A stretch of DNA of 63,271 nt, filler included, from Octopus bimaculoides (lineage: Eukaryota), in the NCBI RefSeq assembly GCF_001194135.2. It is 3 parts of 3 records of this genome, joined end to end, with 100 filler letters (N's around TTAATTAATTAA, not from the genome) between each part and the next. Parts side by side here need not be neighbours in the genome. Positions count along the whole stretch, not along the records: positions 1 to 29,983 come from NC_068982.1; positions 30,084 to 46,447 come from NC_068983.1; 1 more part is not named here. The stretch is one strand, 5' to 3'. Within the stretch, counting starts at the first letter, position 1; each line of letters starts with the position of its first letter. The translations under genes were made by a program, and so were the position numbers. Below the pieces are notes generated by a model, which was not told where the DNA came from, ran no database searches, and saw only the letters and a program-made list of their open reading frames with translations. This document shows, in pieces, positions 21,151-34,602 of this stretch.

Positions 21151-23244
21151 TTTATCAACAGCAGAAAACTATTAATATAAAAACAGGATTTTCTCTTTCT
21201 TACATCATTGTAATTTCTAACGTTTTGTCGAAGAAAGGAAATCAAAATTTCAGCTACTGATATTCTTATCAATGATGTTAGTGCTCAAAGTGAATTGCAA
21301 TGACTACACTGAGATAACTCCCCAGTAAAGAATAATTTCCCGTTGTAATAAACGTTACGTGATTATATATTTTTATTTTATGAGGCACGTAATATTTTTA
21401 AAATATTTTTCAGTTGTTAGTATTCTATCTTTTCATCGATTAAGACATATCAGGAATGATTTGGTTCCCACCGCACCTTTCAGAACTGTTAGCTGAAATT
21501 AATCATGTCAAATATGTCAATTTTTATCGTTCTGAGGCATTAAGAATTTATGAAATTTCACCAAGGTTACTCTATTCCGTTTGGCGGGACGTGCGCAAAC
21601 GTGATTCAGATATATATATATATATATATATATGAAAGTAAAATTATGGAATATCTTCAGCTGGGAATACGAAACCAGTTCGCTGACTCGACTCGCTGAG
21701 TGTTTAACTTTTAGTCAGCAAAGTTCGGTGTCCTTCAAAACAGAAAAATACATGAAAATAAAAGAAAAACTATCAAAGAAACGCATATATATAAAGGAAT
21801 TAAGGACAATAAAGAAACAGAAACATTGTAAACAGAATATATCTAATAGAAATCAATAATTTGTTCCTTGTANNNNNNNNNNACAGAATATATCTAATAG
21901 AAATCAATAATTTGTTCCTTGTACATGTGCATATTTTTGTCCACTCCATAAAATATACTTCATTGATTGTTTTGACTATGTTTATAGATCTTCGCTGGTA
22001 TTGTTGGTGTTGCTATTGCTTCTGCTGATGCTATAATCTTTTGTTATTTTTCTTTCTTTCTTTTTTTGCTGAACCATTATTGTTTGTTTTACTTTGTACT
22101 AGTTTACTTGTTGCAATATTACAATATTCAATCAAATCCTAGTAGGGATAAATTCATACAGCGAGGAGCGGAAGAAAAAATAAATGAGAAAGAATTGACA
22201 GAAGTTAGGCATATAAATCTACACGGAGGGATTATTAAGGAATATATATTTATAATCCTGTTCAGTAAAGATGGTGCAAAAGAAAAACACATAACTCGTT
22301 AATTAAAGGATTTGTTTGGCATTGTTCCATCATTTTATCTTTCAGAGCTAGTAATACTTGGACAATATGGCCAAGTGAAAGTACCTCAAAGGACCACTAT
22401 GTATACTAGAGACATATACACTAGGGCCTTACGTAATATAGTGAGAAGGGAAACTTCTTTAACTGAGATTACCTTTGCAATTCATAAAAAAAAAACTCTT
22501 CTAGGAATGTTTAAAATGTACGCAACAACAAGCTGGAGAAATAAATCTAATAAACTCAGTTAATCGAAATTCTTTTAAAATAAAAACGATGAAAGATGAG
22601 AATAGATTTTGTCATTAAATCCAGATGTTGAAATCAACGAACTTATGTCGATGTCGTCAGGCCACTTCGGAAAAGAAAAAATCTTTTCCGACTATCATAA
22701 TCGATAATCTCAGTTAATCGAAGTTTTTCTACTATATTACATCTGTCAGACAGTAACGTATGTGCATTTAGTATGCAGAACGTTCTACTGGGGTACTTTC
22801 TTTCTGATAGATTATTCATATTCGTAATCAGCATCGTTACATCACTCCTATTTCTATAGATGGTGATCTCTTCTTTACTTTGCCATCTGAGTACAGAAGA
22901 CTGCTCTGAAGAGGTTTGATAAGACCAAAATATGTCCGTTGATTTCACCAGCTGAATTTAAAAACAAAATCTTGTATCAGCATCATCTTCATTTCGAGAA
23001 ATTTCTATTAACGGATTTTATTGCACTAATCTGTTAGCTTCCTCGCTTTTCAACATATATTTTAAACACTGCTAGAGAGAGGATTGTAAGAACACTTCGG
23101 ACTGCTACTCACAAGAATATCGTGGTTGTTAGGCTTTACACCTTAATCCGCCATTAAAGAGTAATCAGTACTAAGAAGATTCGTATGGGATTCTCAGTCG
23201 TAGTCTCTAACTTGAAGAAAACTCCGAACAATATTAGTCGATTA

Positions 23245-23395
23245 AATTGACCTTAGTAATATGCTGAAACTTCATTTTATCGATACAGAAGAATGAAACT
23301 TTGGTCACAGCAGGTTTTTAACTCAGAACATAAAATGCCAGGGCTAAATACCGTGAGATTTTTATCCGATGCTGCAACAATTCTTCCAAGTCGAT
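23245..23395 (-). mobile_element. Degenerate family C SINE
   Basis: ttttatcgatacagaagaatgaa...ttttaactcagaacataaa...ttttatccgatgctgcaacaattct. Confidence 0.55.
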
Positions 23396-23504
23396 TTCCT
23401 CGTATATACCACAAAGTACGAATTTAAGAAGAATATTCTGGAAATCAGTTACACTTGCATGTCAACCCTAGAATCCACAGTATAAAAATACTAAGATAAA
23501 AACG

Positions 23505-23640
23505 AGACGGGGAAGCCTCAACACGTCACTGGATCTTTTAGAGCCAGCCAGACCTCTCTAAAATCAAAACTTATTGCCTTAAAAAAGGAAGTATGTATAG
23601 GAAAATGTAGTCTAAAATACGCTAATGCTTATAGTTTGAT
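23505..23640 (+). mobile_element. Family F retroposon fragment
   Basis: gagccagccagacctctctaaaatca...cttaaaaaaggaag...aatgtagtct. Confidence 0.45.
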
Positions 23641-24324
23641 CTTGGGTTTGCGTTCCTTTGAAAGCAAAGACATTTGCTTTTTGTATATTCATTCAAAGCA
23701 TCATTCATACATTTCTATAAATCAAATCCTCTACATATTCTTCAACAGTTATAACGTGCGTTTCCCAGTACTTTACTGAGCACAGATGTGTTAATTTTGA
23801 TACCAATAACCATTCGATAATATCATATTATGCGTGTATTCGTATGTGTACGCGTATTGAGGTGTACTGCATATACACACACCGGCCTAAAAACCGGTGT
23901 TGTTTTATTGAGTCCTTTTTAAGTTCCTTAACTCATTGGTTTGATAGAAACAGGTCAATGAAATTAATATCACACCGAAATCAGTACTGGAGTTGGTATG
24001 ATCGATTAAAACCTTGAAGATAGTATCGCAGAACGGCCGCAGTAAAAGAAATCAGTAAAAGAATACAAATAACGATTCGCGACTGCTGACCCCCCTGGCC
24101 TGCATATGTCAATGCAAAACGTATATTCCCACCTAAATTTCACTACATGGCTTTTGCGATCTTCTCAAAAGAAGTACTTTTTCGCAATTATCTTCTTGGA
24201 AGATAACCGGTCTTGTTGTTGTTGGGGGGGGGGGGGTATTTATCAAACTTGTATTAATGTTCAAGCGCCACGTTTTATTATGTGTGTATATATGTTTGTA
24301 TAAATTTTGAGTATATGCATGTAT

Positions 24325-24600
24325 GTATGGAAAAACGCGTGGTTAAAGTGTTGACCCCATAATCATAGTGTCGTGGGTTTGACTCCTGGGGCCGGGCCAC
24401 ACATAGAGTTTTTGAACAAGGCATTTCATTTCACATTGTTCCAGCTTGTTCAGCCGAAATTGAGTACCATCCAAGTGGTGGTGCATCTCTCTTCCTCCAG
24501 CTGTCTCATCCTCGATCTTCAGTTGGATGAAAGGTGGGAAATCCACGAGGGAGTTTTACATTTGCTCGTGACTTCATTAGCACCTAAAACAATGGAACGA
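24325..24600 (+). mobile_element. tRNA-derived SINE (family D-like)
   Basis: gcgtggttaaagtgttgacc...gtgggtttgactcctggg...tttgaacaaggcatttcatttcacattgttccagc...aatgagtacc-like segment. Confidence 0.65.
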
Positions 24601-25633
24601 AAGCATAATAAATGCTATCTTATCATACTCGCTTGCGAGTGACGACAATGATTTTTTTTCTGCATGCATGGTTCGCCAATGCCTGAAACCAAAAAAATCT
24701 ATGCTTTATGAATGGAAACCCTTGAATTGTTTGCTCTACACCGTATTACGCAGACTCCTATATCTGTCTTGCCCTCTTAAATGCTGTAAACCAGTGACTT
24801 GTCAGTTGAAAATCTGCAACTATCGACGCTGTTGTTCACCAGTTGTGACGCAAAATATAAATAAATGATAATAAATACAGCAAATACTTGATCTTACATA
24901 ATTGCTTTGTCCTTGATGACATCGCTGTCTTCAACACAGATAATTATGAAGACAGTCAGGAGTGTACACCGGTTTTGCTTGCTCCATCAACTTGTTAAAC
25001 GACCCTAGACGAAATGCTCCATCCTTTTATTGAACATTTTGGTAATTGGCAAAAATTACATTCGTAGTTTGAATTAATATATTTATTGACTAAACACTGA
25101 CAGTATTTACTGCCTCAATGTTCTGATTCATTAATGGACTAGATCACACTAAACGAACTAATCAATTTGTTGATGGACTCCCTTAAGCTAAGGTCAATCT
25201 GTTATTGATTAGTAAGTGAAAATCATTTACTTGCTTAATATTGAATAATGATTCAATTTATTTTCATATTTTACTCCGTAACTGGTGAACAATAATACTG
25301 CAGGCTACAAACTAGCAATCAGCAGTTCACTGCATTTCTGATGGCCAGACATACATCGATAAATGATACACGCGCGCACGCACCGACAGGCGCGCACGAA
25401 CACACACACATCCATTCACACACACACACACAAACAAACACATACGTATACATACACATGCACACATACCTACACACACCAGATATATATTCACTTTAAT
25501 AACCACGAGGCTCCCGGGTTTTGTGTCACACAGAAGCACCTTAAGCAAGTTTCTTCGATTATAACTTCTATGTGAGTGCTTTTTAGCTTGATTTCAATGA
25601 AAGTACCGTATTCTATGTTAGGTTCACGAAAAC

Positions 25634-25772
25634 TTGTCGAAAACACATTTGTCGAAAACATGTTAATCGAAAGCAAATTGGTGAAAAGTCATTTTTAAAA
25701 AGACATATATTGTAGAAGCACACACTTGTAGAAAAACAATTTTGACGAAAAACAAATTGAACGAAAGTATAT
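25634..25772. repeat. Degenerate tandem array, about 15-bp period (ttgtcgaaaacacat-like)
   Basis: Units start at 25634 and 25649; about 9 progressively diverged units. Confidence 0.65.
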
Positions 25773-26101
25773 TTATTTAAATTTTAACAGTTTTCAAAGA
25801 AAAGGGTAAAAAATATATTGGAGAATAATGAAATGATTTATTGATATTTGGATTGCTTAAAATTCGAAAATTTACGAATTATCATAAATCAGAATTCATA
25901 GATTATGCATAATCTGCAACATTTCACGTTGGATTAAGTTATTTGCAATAACTATGAAATATAAACGTTACAATCTTTTGCGTTGTTAGGAAAGGTGTAC
26001 AGTGCATACAATACCGAATTGTGGTCGACAACAAAATACTTATGGTAGATATAATTGTTACAATGGGTGATTTTTCCCTAGGATAATAAGAGATCTGTAC
26101 C

Positions 26102-26143
<42 letters not shown>

Positions 26144-26169
26144 AAAAGAAGAATCAAAGGTCTTTCCCA

Positions 26170-26260
26170 AACCATGGACTGGAGCGACGGCCTAGGAATC
26201 GAGACCGCAATCTTGCGATCATGAGTACAACACCCTAACTATGAAGCTACGTGCCTCCAA
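26170..26260 (-). mobile_element. tRNA-like SINE head
   Basis: Reverse complement ggaggcacgtagcttcatagttagggtgttgtactcatgatcgcaagattgcggtctcgattcctagg has A/B-box-like motifs. Confidence 0.7.
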
Positions 26261-28042
26261 TATNNNNNNNNNNNNNNNNNNNNNNNNNNNNNNNNNNNNN
26301 NNNNNNNNNNNNNNNNNNNNNNNNNNNNNNNNNNNNNNNNNNNNNNNNNNNNNNNNNNNNNNNNNNNNNNNNNNNNNNNNNNNNNNNNNNNNNNNNNNNN
26401 NNNNNNNNNNNNNNNNNNNNNNNNNNNNNNNNNNNNNNNNNNNNNNNNNNNNNNNNNNNNNNNNNNNNNNNNNNNNNNNNNNNNNNNNNNNNNNNNNNNN
26501 NNNNNNNNNNNNNNNNNNNNNNNNNNNNNNNNNNNNNNNNNNNNNNNNNNNNNNNNNNNNNNNNNNNNNNNNNNNNNNNNNNNNNNNNNNNNNNNNNNNN
26601 NNNNNNNNNNNNNNNNNNNNNNNNNNNNNNNNNNNNNNNNNNNNNNNNNNNNNNNNNNNNNNNNNNNNNNNNNNNNNNNNNNNNNNNNNNNNNNNNNNNN
26701 NNNNNNNNNNNNNNNNNNNNNNNNNNNNNNNNNNNNNNNNNNNNNNNNNNNNNNNNNNNNNNNNNNNNNNNNNNNNNNNNNNNNNNNNNNNNNNNNNNNN
26801 NNNNNNNNNNNNNNNNNNNNNNNNNNNNNNNNNNNNNNNNNNNNNNNNNNNNNNNNNNNNNNNNNNNNNNNNNNNNNNNNNNNNNNNNNNNNNNNNNNNN
26901 NNNNNNNNNNNNNNNNNNNNNNNNNNNNNNNNNNNNNNNNNNNNNNNNNNNNNNNNNNNNNNNNNNNNNNNNNNNNNNNNNNNNNNNNNNNNNNNNNNNN
27001 NNNNNNNNNNNNNNNNNNNNNNNNNNNNNNNNNNNNNNNNNNNNNNNNNNNNNNNNNNNNNNNNNNNNNNNNNNNNNNNNNNNNNNNNNNNNNNNNNNNN
27101 NNNNNNNNNNNNNNNNNNNNNNNNNNNNNNNNNNNNNNNNNNNNNNNNNNNNNNNNNNNNNNNNNNNNNNNNNNNNNNNNNNNNNNNNNNNNNNNNNNNN
27201 NNNNNNNNNNNNNNNNNNNNNNNNNNNNNNNNNNNNNNNNNNNNNNTATATATATATATATATTGGGAGAGAGAGAGAGCAATAATAAACAGCAAAGATA
27301 ATCGGTATTTTAAGTTTTGCCAAACTTACACGCTTTTCAGTAAATCCACTGTCATTATTACGCAAGGCGTTTAACCAGATTGCACAATGCAGACGCTTAA
27401 TTTCCTCGATATTCTCAAGGGGAAATACAGAGCTTAGTGGAATGTGTGCTTTAGTATATTCCAGCTATGCAAATTACGTTCAGTATCAATTATGTTCAAT
27501 AGTTATCTATTTATTTTTATTACTACAACGTGATTCGAAATTTGCACACTAGCCTATCTGGATACGTGATGGCCTTTGTCTAAGCACACTGGTTATAGGA
27601 GTGGTGTGGGACTTTCAACAACAACCAAACCTTTGCTAACGTGTCGCGCCTTTCAGTACACTTCTACATTAAATGTGTGTCTGTGTGTGGGTGGGTGGGT
27701 GGTGTACATAAATATATATGTGTGTGTGTACGCATGTATATATACATACATGTACACCTGTATATATATATGCATATATGTATATAGAGCTAAAGATGAA
27801 TGCAATTTATGTAAGCGATGGAAACAATGAGATACAACCAAGGTGTCCTTTAAACATAGGTGTTTTGACAAAACGTGTATGCGTGTAAGTAAATATTTGA
27901 GCACTAATTGCTGGGAAATACGAAATGTTTTGCCGACGGTAAATGACAGTCTTTTGATAAAAATAAGGAAAAAAAAATACCCTGAAGCTTGTTTGCATTT
28001 GTTGTTGCTGTTACTGTCATCGTTGATGTCGTTGCAACTATT

Positions 28043-28077
<35 letters not shown>

Positions 28078-28091
28078 TATCATTATTATTA

Positions 28092-28146
<55 letters not shown>

Positions 28147-28894
28147 CGTCGTCATCATCATCATAATTACTGTTTCGTAACTGAACCAATTAATCAAGCT
28201 ACCAAATCTAAGCATAAATGAAATGAACATCAATAACGCCCCTTCCCAGACTACGCTATTACCTGCATGTGTGTATACGTATACAAAGCACTGCATCAAA
28301 AATACTCAGACGAGAACACACATATAAGCGTATTATGTGCGTGTAAGTGAGTATATATATATATATATATATNNNNNNNNNNNNNNNNNNNNNNNNNNNN
28401 NNNNNNNNNNNNNNNNNNNNNNNNNNNNNNNNNNNNNNNNNNNNNNNNNNNNNNNNNNNNNNNNNNNNNNNNNNNNNNNNNNNNNNNNNNNNNNNNNNNN
28501 NNNNNNNNNNNNNNNNNNNNNNNNNNNNNNNNNNNNNNNNNNNNNNNNNNNNNNNNNNNNNNNNNNNNNNNNNNNNNNNNNNNNNNNNNNNNNNNNNNNN
28601 NNNNNNNNNNNNNNNNNNNNNNNNNNNNNNNNNNNNNNNNNNNNNNNNNNNNNNNNNNNNNNNNNNNNNNNNNNNNNNNNNNNNNNNNNNNNNNNNNNNN
28701 NNNNNNNNNNNNNNNNNNNNNNNNNNNNNNNNNNNNNNNNNNNNNNNNNNNNNNNNNNNNNNNNNNNNNNNNNNNNNNNNNNNNNNNNNNNNNNNNNNNN
28801 NNNNNNNNNNNNNNNNNNNNNNNNNNNNNNNNNNNNNNNNNNNNNNNNNNNNNNNNNNNNNNNNNNNNNNNNNNNNNNNNNNNNNNNNNNNNNN

Positions 28895-28940
<46 letters not shown>

Positions 28941-29640
28941 GCACATATATATACATATATATAATATATATATGTAAGTATATATATATACACACACACA
29001 TATACATATATATAGCGTATATACATATATATGTGGTGGATAGTTGTGTGTGGGTGCGTACGTGTATATACCTTTTGGTTGTGTATCTTTGTGTGATGCG
29101 AGATACAAAGAAGATCTGTTGATAGCTATAACTTGATGCTGAAAATCAATAATGTCAACTGATGTTGCGTACATGGCCATTGATATAAAGAAGTCAGTTG
29201 AATTGCAGTGTTGACCCCGTGGCTTGAATACGAATTTCAGGAAATCTGCTCTGTGATGAGTCTACTAAAGCTAATAATTTTATTTAGATATTAGTGGAGC
29301 ATATTTTAGAGCGCACTTATCGTTTGCAAGTTATTTGTACGCGAAAGCCAGCTGAGGACATATTTAAGTTCTGGTAAATGTTTTAGCTATTCCAAAGCAC
29401 TCAAAATCAGTGAAATTTTAGGATGTATATTGAATGATTGGATCGGACGCTGCACGCGTTTCGTTTCTAATGTCTTTTTTCATATTCTGAAACGTCTGAA
29501 ACGAAAGTAAAATTGTCTTTACGCTACGGGAGACATTTCTCGAAATAAGAAACGAGGACTGGGAAACGCATTAATAAACTGACGTTGCTAGTAATGGAAC
29601 GCAAACAACATTCAGAATTCACAATTTTGAGACAGTGCCT

Positions 29641-29695
<55 letters not shown>
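29641..29695. repeat. (TAG)n microsatellite
   Basis: Direct reading. Confidence 0.95.
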
Positions 29696-29699
29696 ATTT

Positions 29700-29896
29700 T
29701 GAAGGAAATTTGAAGGTGGCGCAAGTCGTTTATATCGACTCCAGTGCACAACTGGTACTTATTTTATCAACCACGAAAGAATGACAACTAAAGTCAACCT
29801 CGGCAGAATTTGAAGTTAGAACGTAAAGAGCCAGAAGAAATGTCGCCTATTTGCATTTTGTCCTTTACAGTAATGATTTTGCCAGCTCGCCACCTT
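29700..29896 (-). mobile_element. Family C SINE
   Basis: atcgactccagtgcacaactggtacttattttatc...aaagtcaacctcggcagaatttgaa...gattttgccagctcgccacctt. Confidence 0.8.
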
Positions 29897-29912
29897 AATA
29901 ATAATAATGATG

Positions 29913-29970
<58 letters not shown>

Positions 29971-30027
29971 GATAAAACACACANNNNNNNNNNNNNNNNN
30001 NNNNNNNNNNNNNNNNNNNNNNNNNNN

Positions 30028-30039
30028 TTAATTAATTAA
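30028..30039. other. TTAATTAATTAA linker between N runs (assembly artefact)
   Basis: Identical palindromic 12-mer with stop codons in all six frames, flanked by N on both sides; repeated at 46492-46503. Confidence 0.85.
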
Positions 30040-30083
30040 NNNNNNNNNNNNNNNNNNNNNNNNNNNNNNNNNNNNNNNNNNNN

Positions 30084-30122
<39 letters not shown>

Positions 30123-30444
30123 GTATTTCTATAGCTGTGTATTTATGTATATGTAATCTATAAATCTGTCTTGTCTGTTAATATGTCGTCATTGAATTTT
30201 TCTCTTTGACTTCTTCCAAGCTAAGTCTCACCCAATGTATGATTTTGTTTTCAAGAAGACATTTTGCTTATTTTATTATAAGTCTAACTTTTTTCTCTGT
30301 CTTTATTATTTGCAATATTCACTACTAAACTCTTTTCATTTTTTCTCCCCTTTATCTCATTTCTGATCTGTTAATCGAACTGTAAAATCTCTATATTTGT
30401 TTATTCATCTTCTTTAAATATTTATTCTTTCTTATAATTTCTTC

Positions 30445-30484
<40 letters not shown>

Positions 30485-30639
30485 GCTAGTGAATATTTAT
30501 CGCCTGCGGTCTGTAAACTTAATCAACCATCAATATTTGTATGAATGGATTTTATTTCCGTCTTATAATGATTCTGATTTTTTAATTCCATAACTTTATA
30601 TATTTTTCTCTTCTTTTTCTATTTTCGGTTATTTTTGTT

Positions 30640-31110
30640 TAGCAGTTGTCACCATCTTCAGCATCAAAACAGCATCACCATCTTAAAATACGGCATCAGT
30701 GTTAGTATCTTTCAACTACATCAGCAGCAGATTATAAAGTACATCATAATCGGCATCATAATCTTAGCTCTGTGATCAGCATCGTCTTGAACTCCATCGT
30801 TACTGTTATCACCATCATTAACATCATTTTCGGCATCATCAGTAACATCATCACCTTAGTAAATACCTTCAACTTCAGTTTTTCATCATCATTATCGTCT
30901 CCTCAGCATCATCGCTCATCATCATCACCCTTCAAACGTTAATCTTCATCATCAAAGCGATCATCTTCAGATGCAGTATTATGATATCATCGTTGTCGTC
31001 ATGTTATTCTCTTCAACACCATTATTTTTATCCGAGTCGAAATCATCCTGACTTTTCTCATCATCGACATCGTCATCTGCTGCATCATCATTATCACTCG
31101 TTTTAACATT
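30640..31110. repeat. Decayed (CAT)n-like low-complexity tract
   Basis: Dense catc/atca motifs with no stable frame or period. Confidence 0.6.
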
Positions 31111-32417
31111 GTCTAAGTTTATTCCAATTCATCTGCTTTATTTTCTTAATTTTTAAATTGTACTTTTTTTCTCATATCAATTCTTTTTTTTTTATCTTAC
31201 TCTTCACATTCATAATATGGCCTTCATTATTTTTATTATAGTTATTGGTACAATTTATAATTTCCTTAAATTTCACTGTATTTAATGTGTCAAGTGGTCA
31301 TACACAAAAGCTCGTTATTATTCTCAGAACAATACCATCACCAATGGTTTGTATATAGTGTTAGTGTAATATTGCAAAGGGTTATCTATCATATATGTAT
31401 AAGTAAAAATTGGCATAGACAATTGGAGAGATTTCCCCCCCCCCCAAAAAAAAAAAACTCTATAGAGCATAAACGAACTAATCTTTTCTTAAAATTATTC
31501 TACCTGTCGAAAAAAATAATAGATCCGCTGTTCTGATGGCGTGCCGTAGCCCGATACGTAGTCCTCATTTTCTTTCACTTTGTTCTAGTTTCGATCGTAG
31601 TATTCATTACACTTTGCAACAATTTTATTAGGTAGGTGCCTCTGATATAAATATAGGTAGGTGCCTAAAATGTACTGATTTCCATTTGACGTCTAATAAA
31701 AGGATCATATACGTATTTTGGTGTTTTGCTTTCAAAATGTTGTCGGCTTTCTGTGCCACCTTTCAGAATGTCACAGAATTTTTCTCACGCACGACCCCTC
31801 CCTCCTGTGTCACTCTCTTTCTTTCTATGTTTTATTTCTTTCCTTCCCTCTCTCTCACATATAAATGAAATAGAAAATATATGTGTGTGTATGTATGTAT
31901 ATGTGTATTGAGCACAAATGTTACTACCATAAATATTGTGTTATAAACGCCAACGAATAACCTGAAGAATTCTATGCTTTATCTATTTTACGAACGAATA
32001 GCAAAGCCCCTTAATATTATACTTCTTAATCGAGGACTGACACTATCTTGCAGTGGCCCAATGAAGTAACCAAAGGTAATCTCCAACCAACTACGTTATA
32101 GATCACTATTTGTGACATAAAATTTTACAAACTAAAAATAAATTCAAATAAATTACTGTATCCAGAAAACAGCTAAAATTTTCAAACCATCTCAAGTGCA
32201 TATATTATTAATTCTTCCGGCAAAAATACTTACATTGCAATAATCAAACCAACACAGTATATAAAGTTGTCAGCTCAGACGAATATTTGCAAAGCAATAG
32301 CATATTCGAGATTAGTGAAACATGAATGAAACTTATCAGGTCGCTGCCAGTACGTGCCGATATTAGTAAAAATATATATGTATTCATACATGTATATAAG
32401 TACATAGGTACGTTCGA

Positions 32418-32467
<50 letters not shown>

Positions 32468-33903
32468 NNNNNNNNNNNNNNNNNNNNNNNNNNNNNNNNN
32501 NNNNNNNNNNNNNNNNNNNNNNNNNNNNNNNNNNNNNNNNNNNNNNNNNNNNNNNNNNNNNNNNNNNNNNNNNNNNNNNNNNNNNNNNNNNNNNNNNNNN
32601 NNNNNNNNNNNNNNNNNNNNNNNNNNNNNNNNNNNNNNNNNNNNNNNNNNNNNNNNNNNNNNNNNNNNNNNNNNNNNNNNNNNNNNNNNNNNNNNNNNNN
32701 NNNNNNNNNNNNNNNNNNNNNNNNNNNNNNNNNNNNNNNNNNNNNNNNNNNNNNNNNNNNNNNNNNNNNNNNNNNNNNNNNNNNNNNNNNNNNNNNNNNN
32801 NNNNNNNNNNNNNNNNNNNNNNNNNNNNNNNNNNNNNNNNNNNNNNNNNNNNNNNNNNNNNNNNNNNNNNNNNNNNNNNNNNNNNNNNNNNNNNNNNNNN
32901 NNNNNNNNNNNNNNNNNNNNNNNNNNNNNNNNNNNNNNNNNNNNNNNNNNNNNNNNNNNNNNNNNNNNNNNNNNNNNNNNNNNNNNNNNNNNNNNNNNNN
33001 NNNNNNNNNNNNNNNNNNNNNNNNNNNNNNNNNNNNNNNNNNNNNNNNNNNNNNNNNNNNNNNNNNNNNNNNNNNNNNNNNNNNNNNNNNNNNNNNNNNN
33101 NNNNNNNNNNNNNNNNNNNNNNNNNNNNNNNNNNNNNNNNNNNNNNNNNNNNNNNNNNNNNNNNNNNNNNNNNNNNNNNNNNNNNNNNNNNNNNNNNNNN
33201 NNNNNNNNNNNNNNNNNNNNNNNNNNNNNNNNNNNNNNNNNNNNNNNNNNNNNNNNNNNNNNNNNNNNNNNNNNNNNNNNNNNNNNNNNNNNNNNNNNNN
33301 NNNNNNNNNNNNNNNNNNNNNNNNNNTATATATATATATATGTATATATATATACAGCGGTCCCGTTCATCATTCAGCACGCACAACTTTTGGAATACGA
33401 AGACAATCTGAATATAGAATATGATTTAGCAACCCTCAGTCAAGTTTCTGCAACTAACTTTTTTCATTTAGAACTTACACTATAGAAACGTGGCCCAACA
33501 CGTGAAATTTGATGCGCTTCTCATGACGTTCATCACTATGGAGCTAATTAAAATTAAATATTATTTCGTATTAATTTAACGATGCCAATCTCTATCTACA
33601 TTGCGTTCCAGTCAAAGAAATGCACAATTCCTACTGGAAAGCAACAGCTAGAAGATAGGCATCTATTGAAGACAATATTTGTCGTCTAGCTAGCGGCAGA
33701 AATCGAGCATCCGATGATTGTGAGCGACTAAAAGTAAGTGAACATACACATGCTTACTAAGGAACCTTTTCTGGCACAAATCGCCATCCAATTCTGTACA
33801 AATGTATTTTATATTTGTTTTTCCCAGTATAACTTTGTATTAGAGAAACTGATGCTTATTTCGATTGGAGTTACTGGAAATGGCTTTTACTTTATCACTA
33901 TGA

Positions 33904-33961
<58 letters not shown>

Positions 33962-34602
33962 GTGCTCTTATTATCTCTCTTCTTCCTTCTCTCCATTTTC
34001 TCTACACTCTAATTATCATCACCATCATATACATCACTATGTTCAGCCCCGCCATTTTCCTTATTATCATCATTATCATCATCATCCTCATAATAACTAT
34101 CACGTAAAAGTACTGTCACATAAAACATCTTCATTATTATTAACACTGTCATTCTATTCCCCATCACCTTCAATAATAATGTTTCGATCTTCTATCCTCC
34201 AGCGCCACTTATATCTACTTTTCTTATTGAGGCTGTGCTTGGAATCATCTCAAATCATGTGGATCAACGGTTGTATTCTGCTTTCAATTCCAATTCGTTA
34301 AATCATTAATCTCTGTAGGAAACTATAGACATATCACATAATCGATATATCCGAAACATCCCAACCGTTCAAGAAATGTTGATTCCTTAGAGTACCAACA
34401 TGCCATAGATGTATAAGCTTTCGAATGATTTGAAGTATAATCGATTGAATCAAATCCAATTCACCGATTAGAGAATCTTCCATTACGTATCTTACCGAAC
34501 AAAGTTCAAGAGCAGTACATTGGTCCATGGTAAGAGATTTGGGAGAGACCCATCATGGTCACTATAAAATGAGAGAAACCAGATGGAATCAGAAAGGAAA
34601 TA

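Noticed and set aside
21832-21923. Exact 41-bp direct repeat
   Set aside because: The copies flank a 10-N gap, so this is an unmerged contig overlap (assembly artefact).
22643-22951. 101-aa minus-strand ORF and a possible 73-nt exon (22879-22951)
   Set aside because: No recognisable domain, it overlaps a probable fossil hammerhead, and an open frame of this length is not unexpected by chance in 63 kb.
29253-29355. Box C (GTGATGA) and box D (CTGA) pair suggesting a C/D snoRNA
   Set aside because: Terminal stem is only about 3 weak pairs, with no clear D'/C' boxes and no recognisable rRNA guide.
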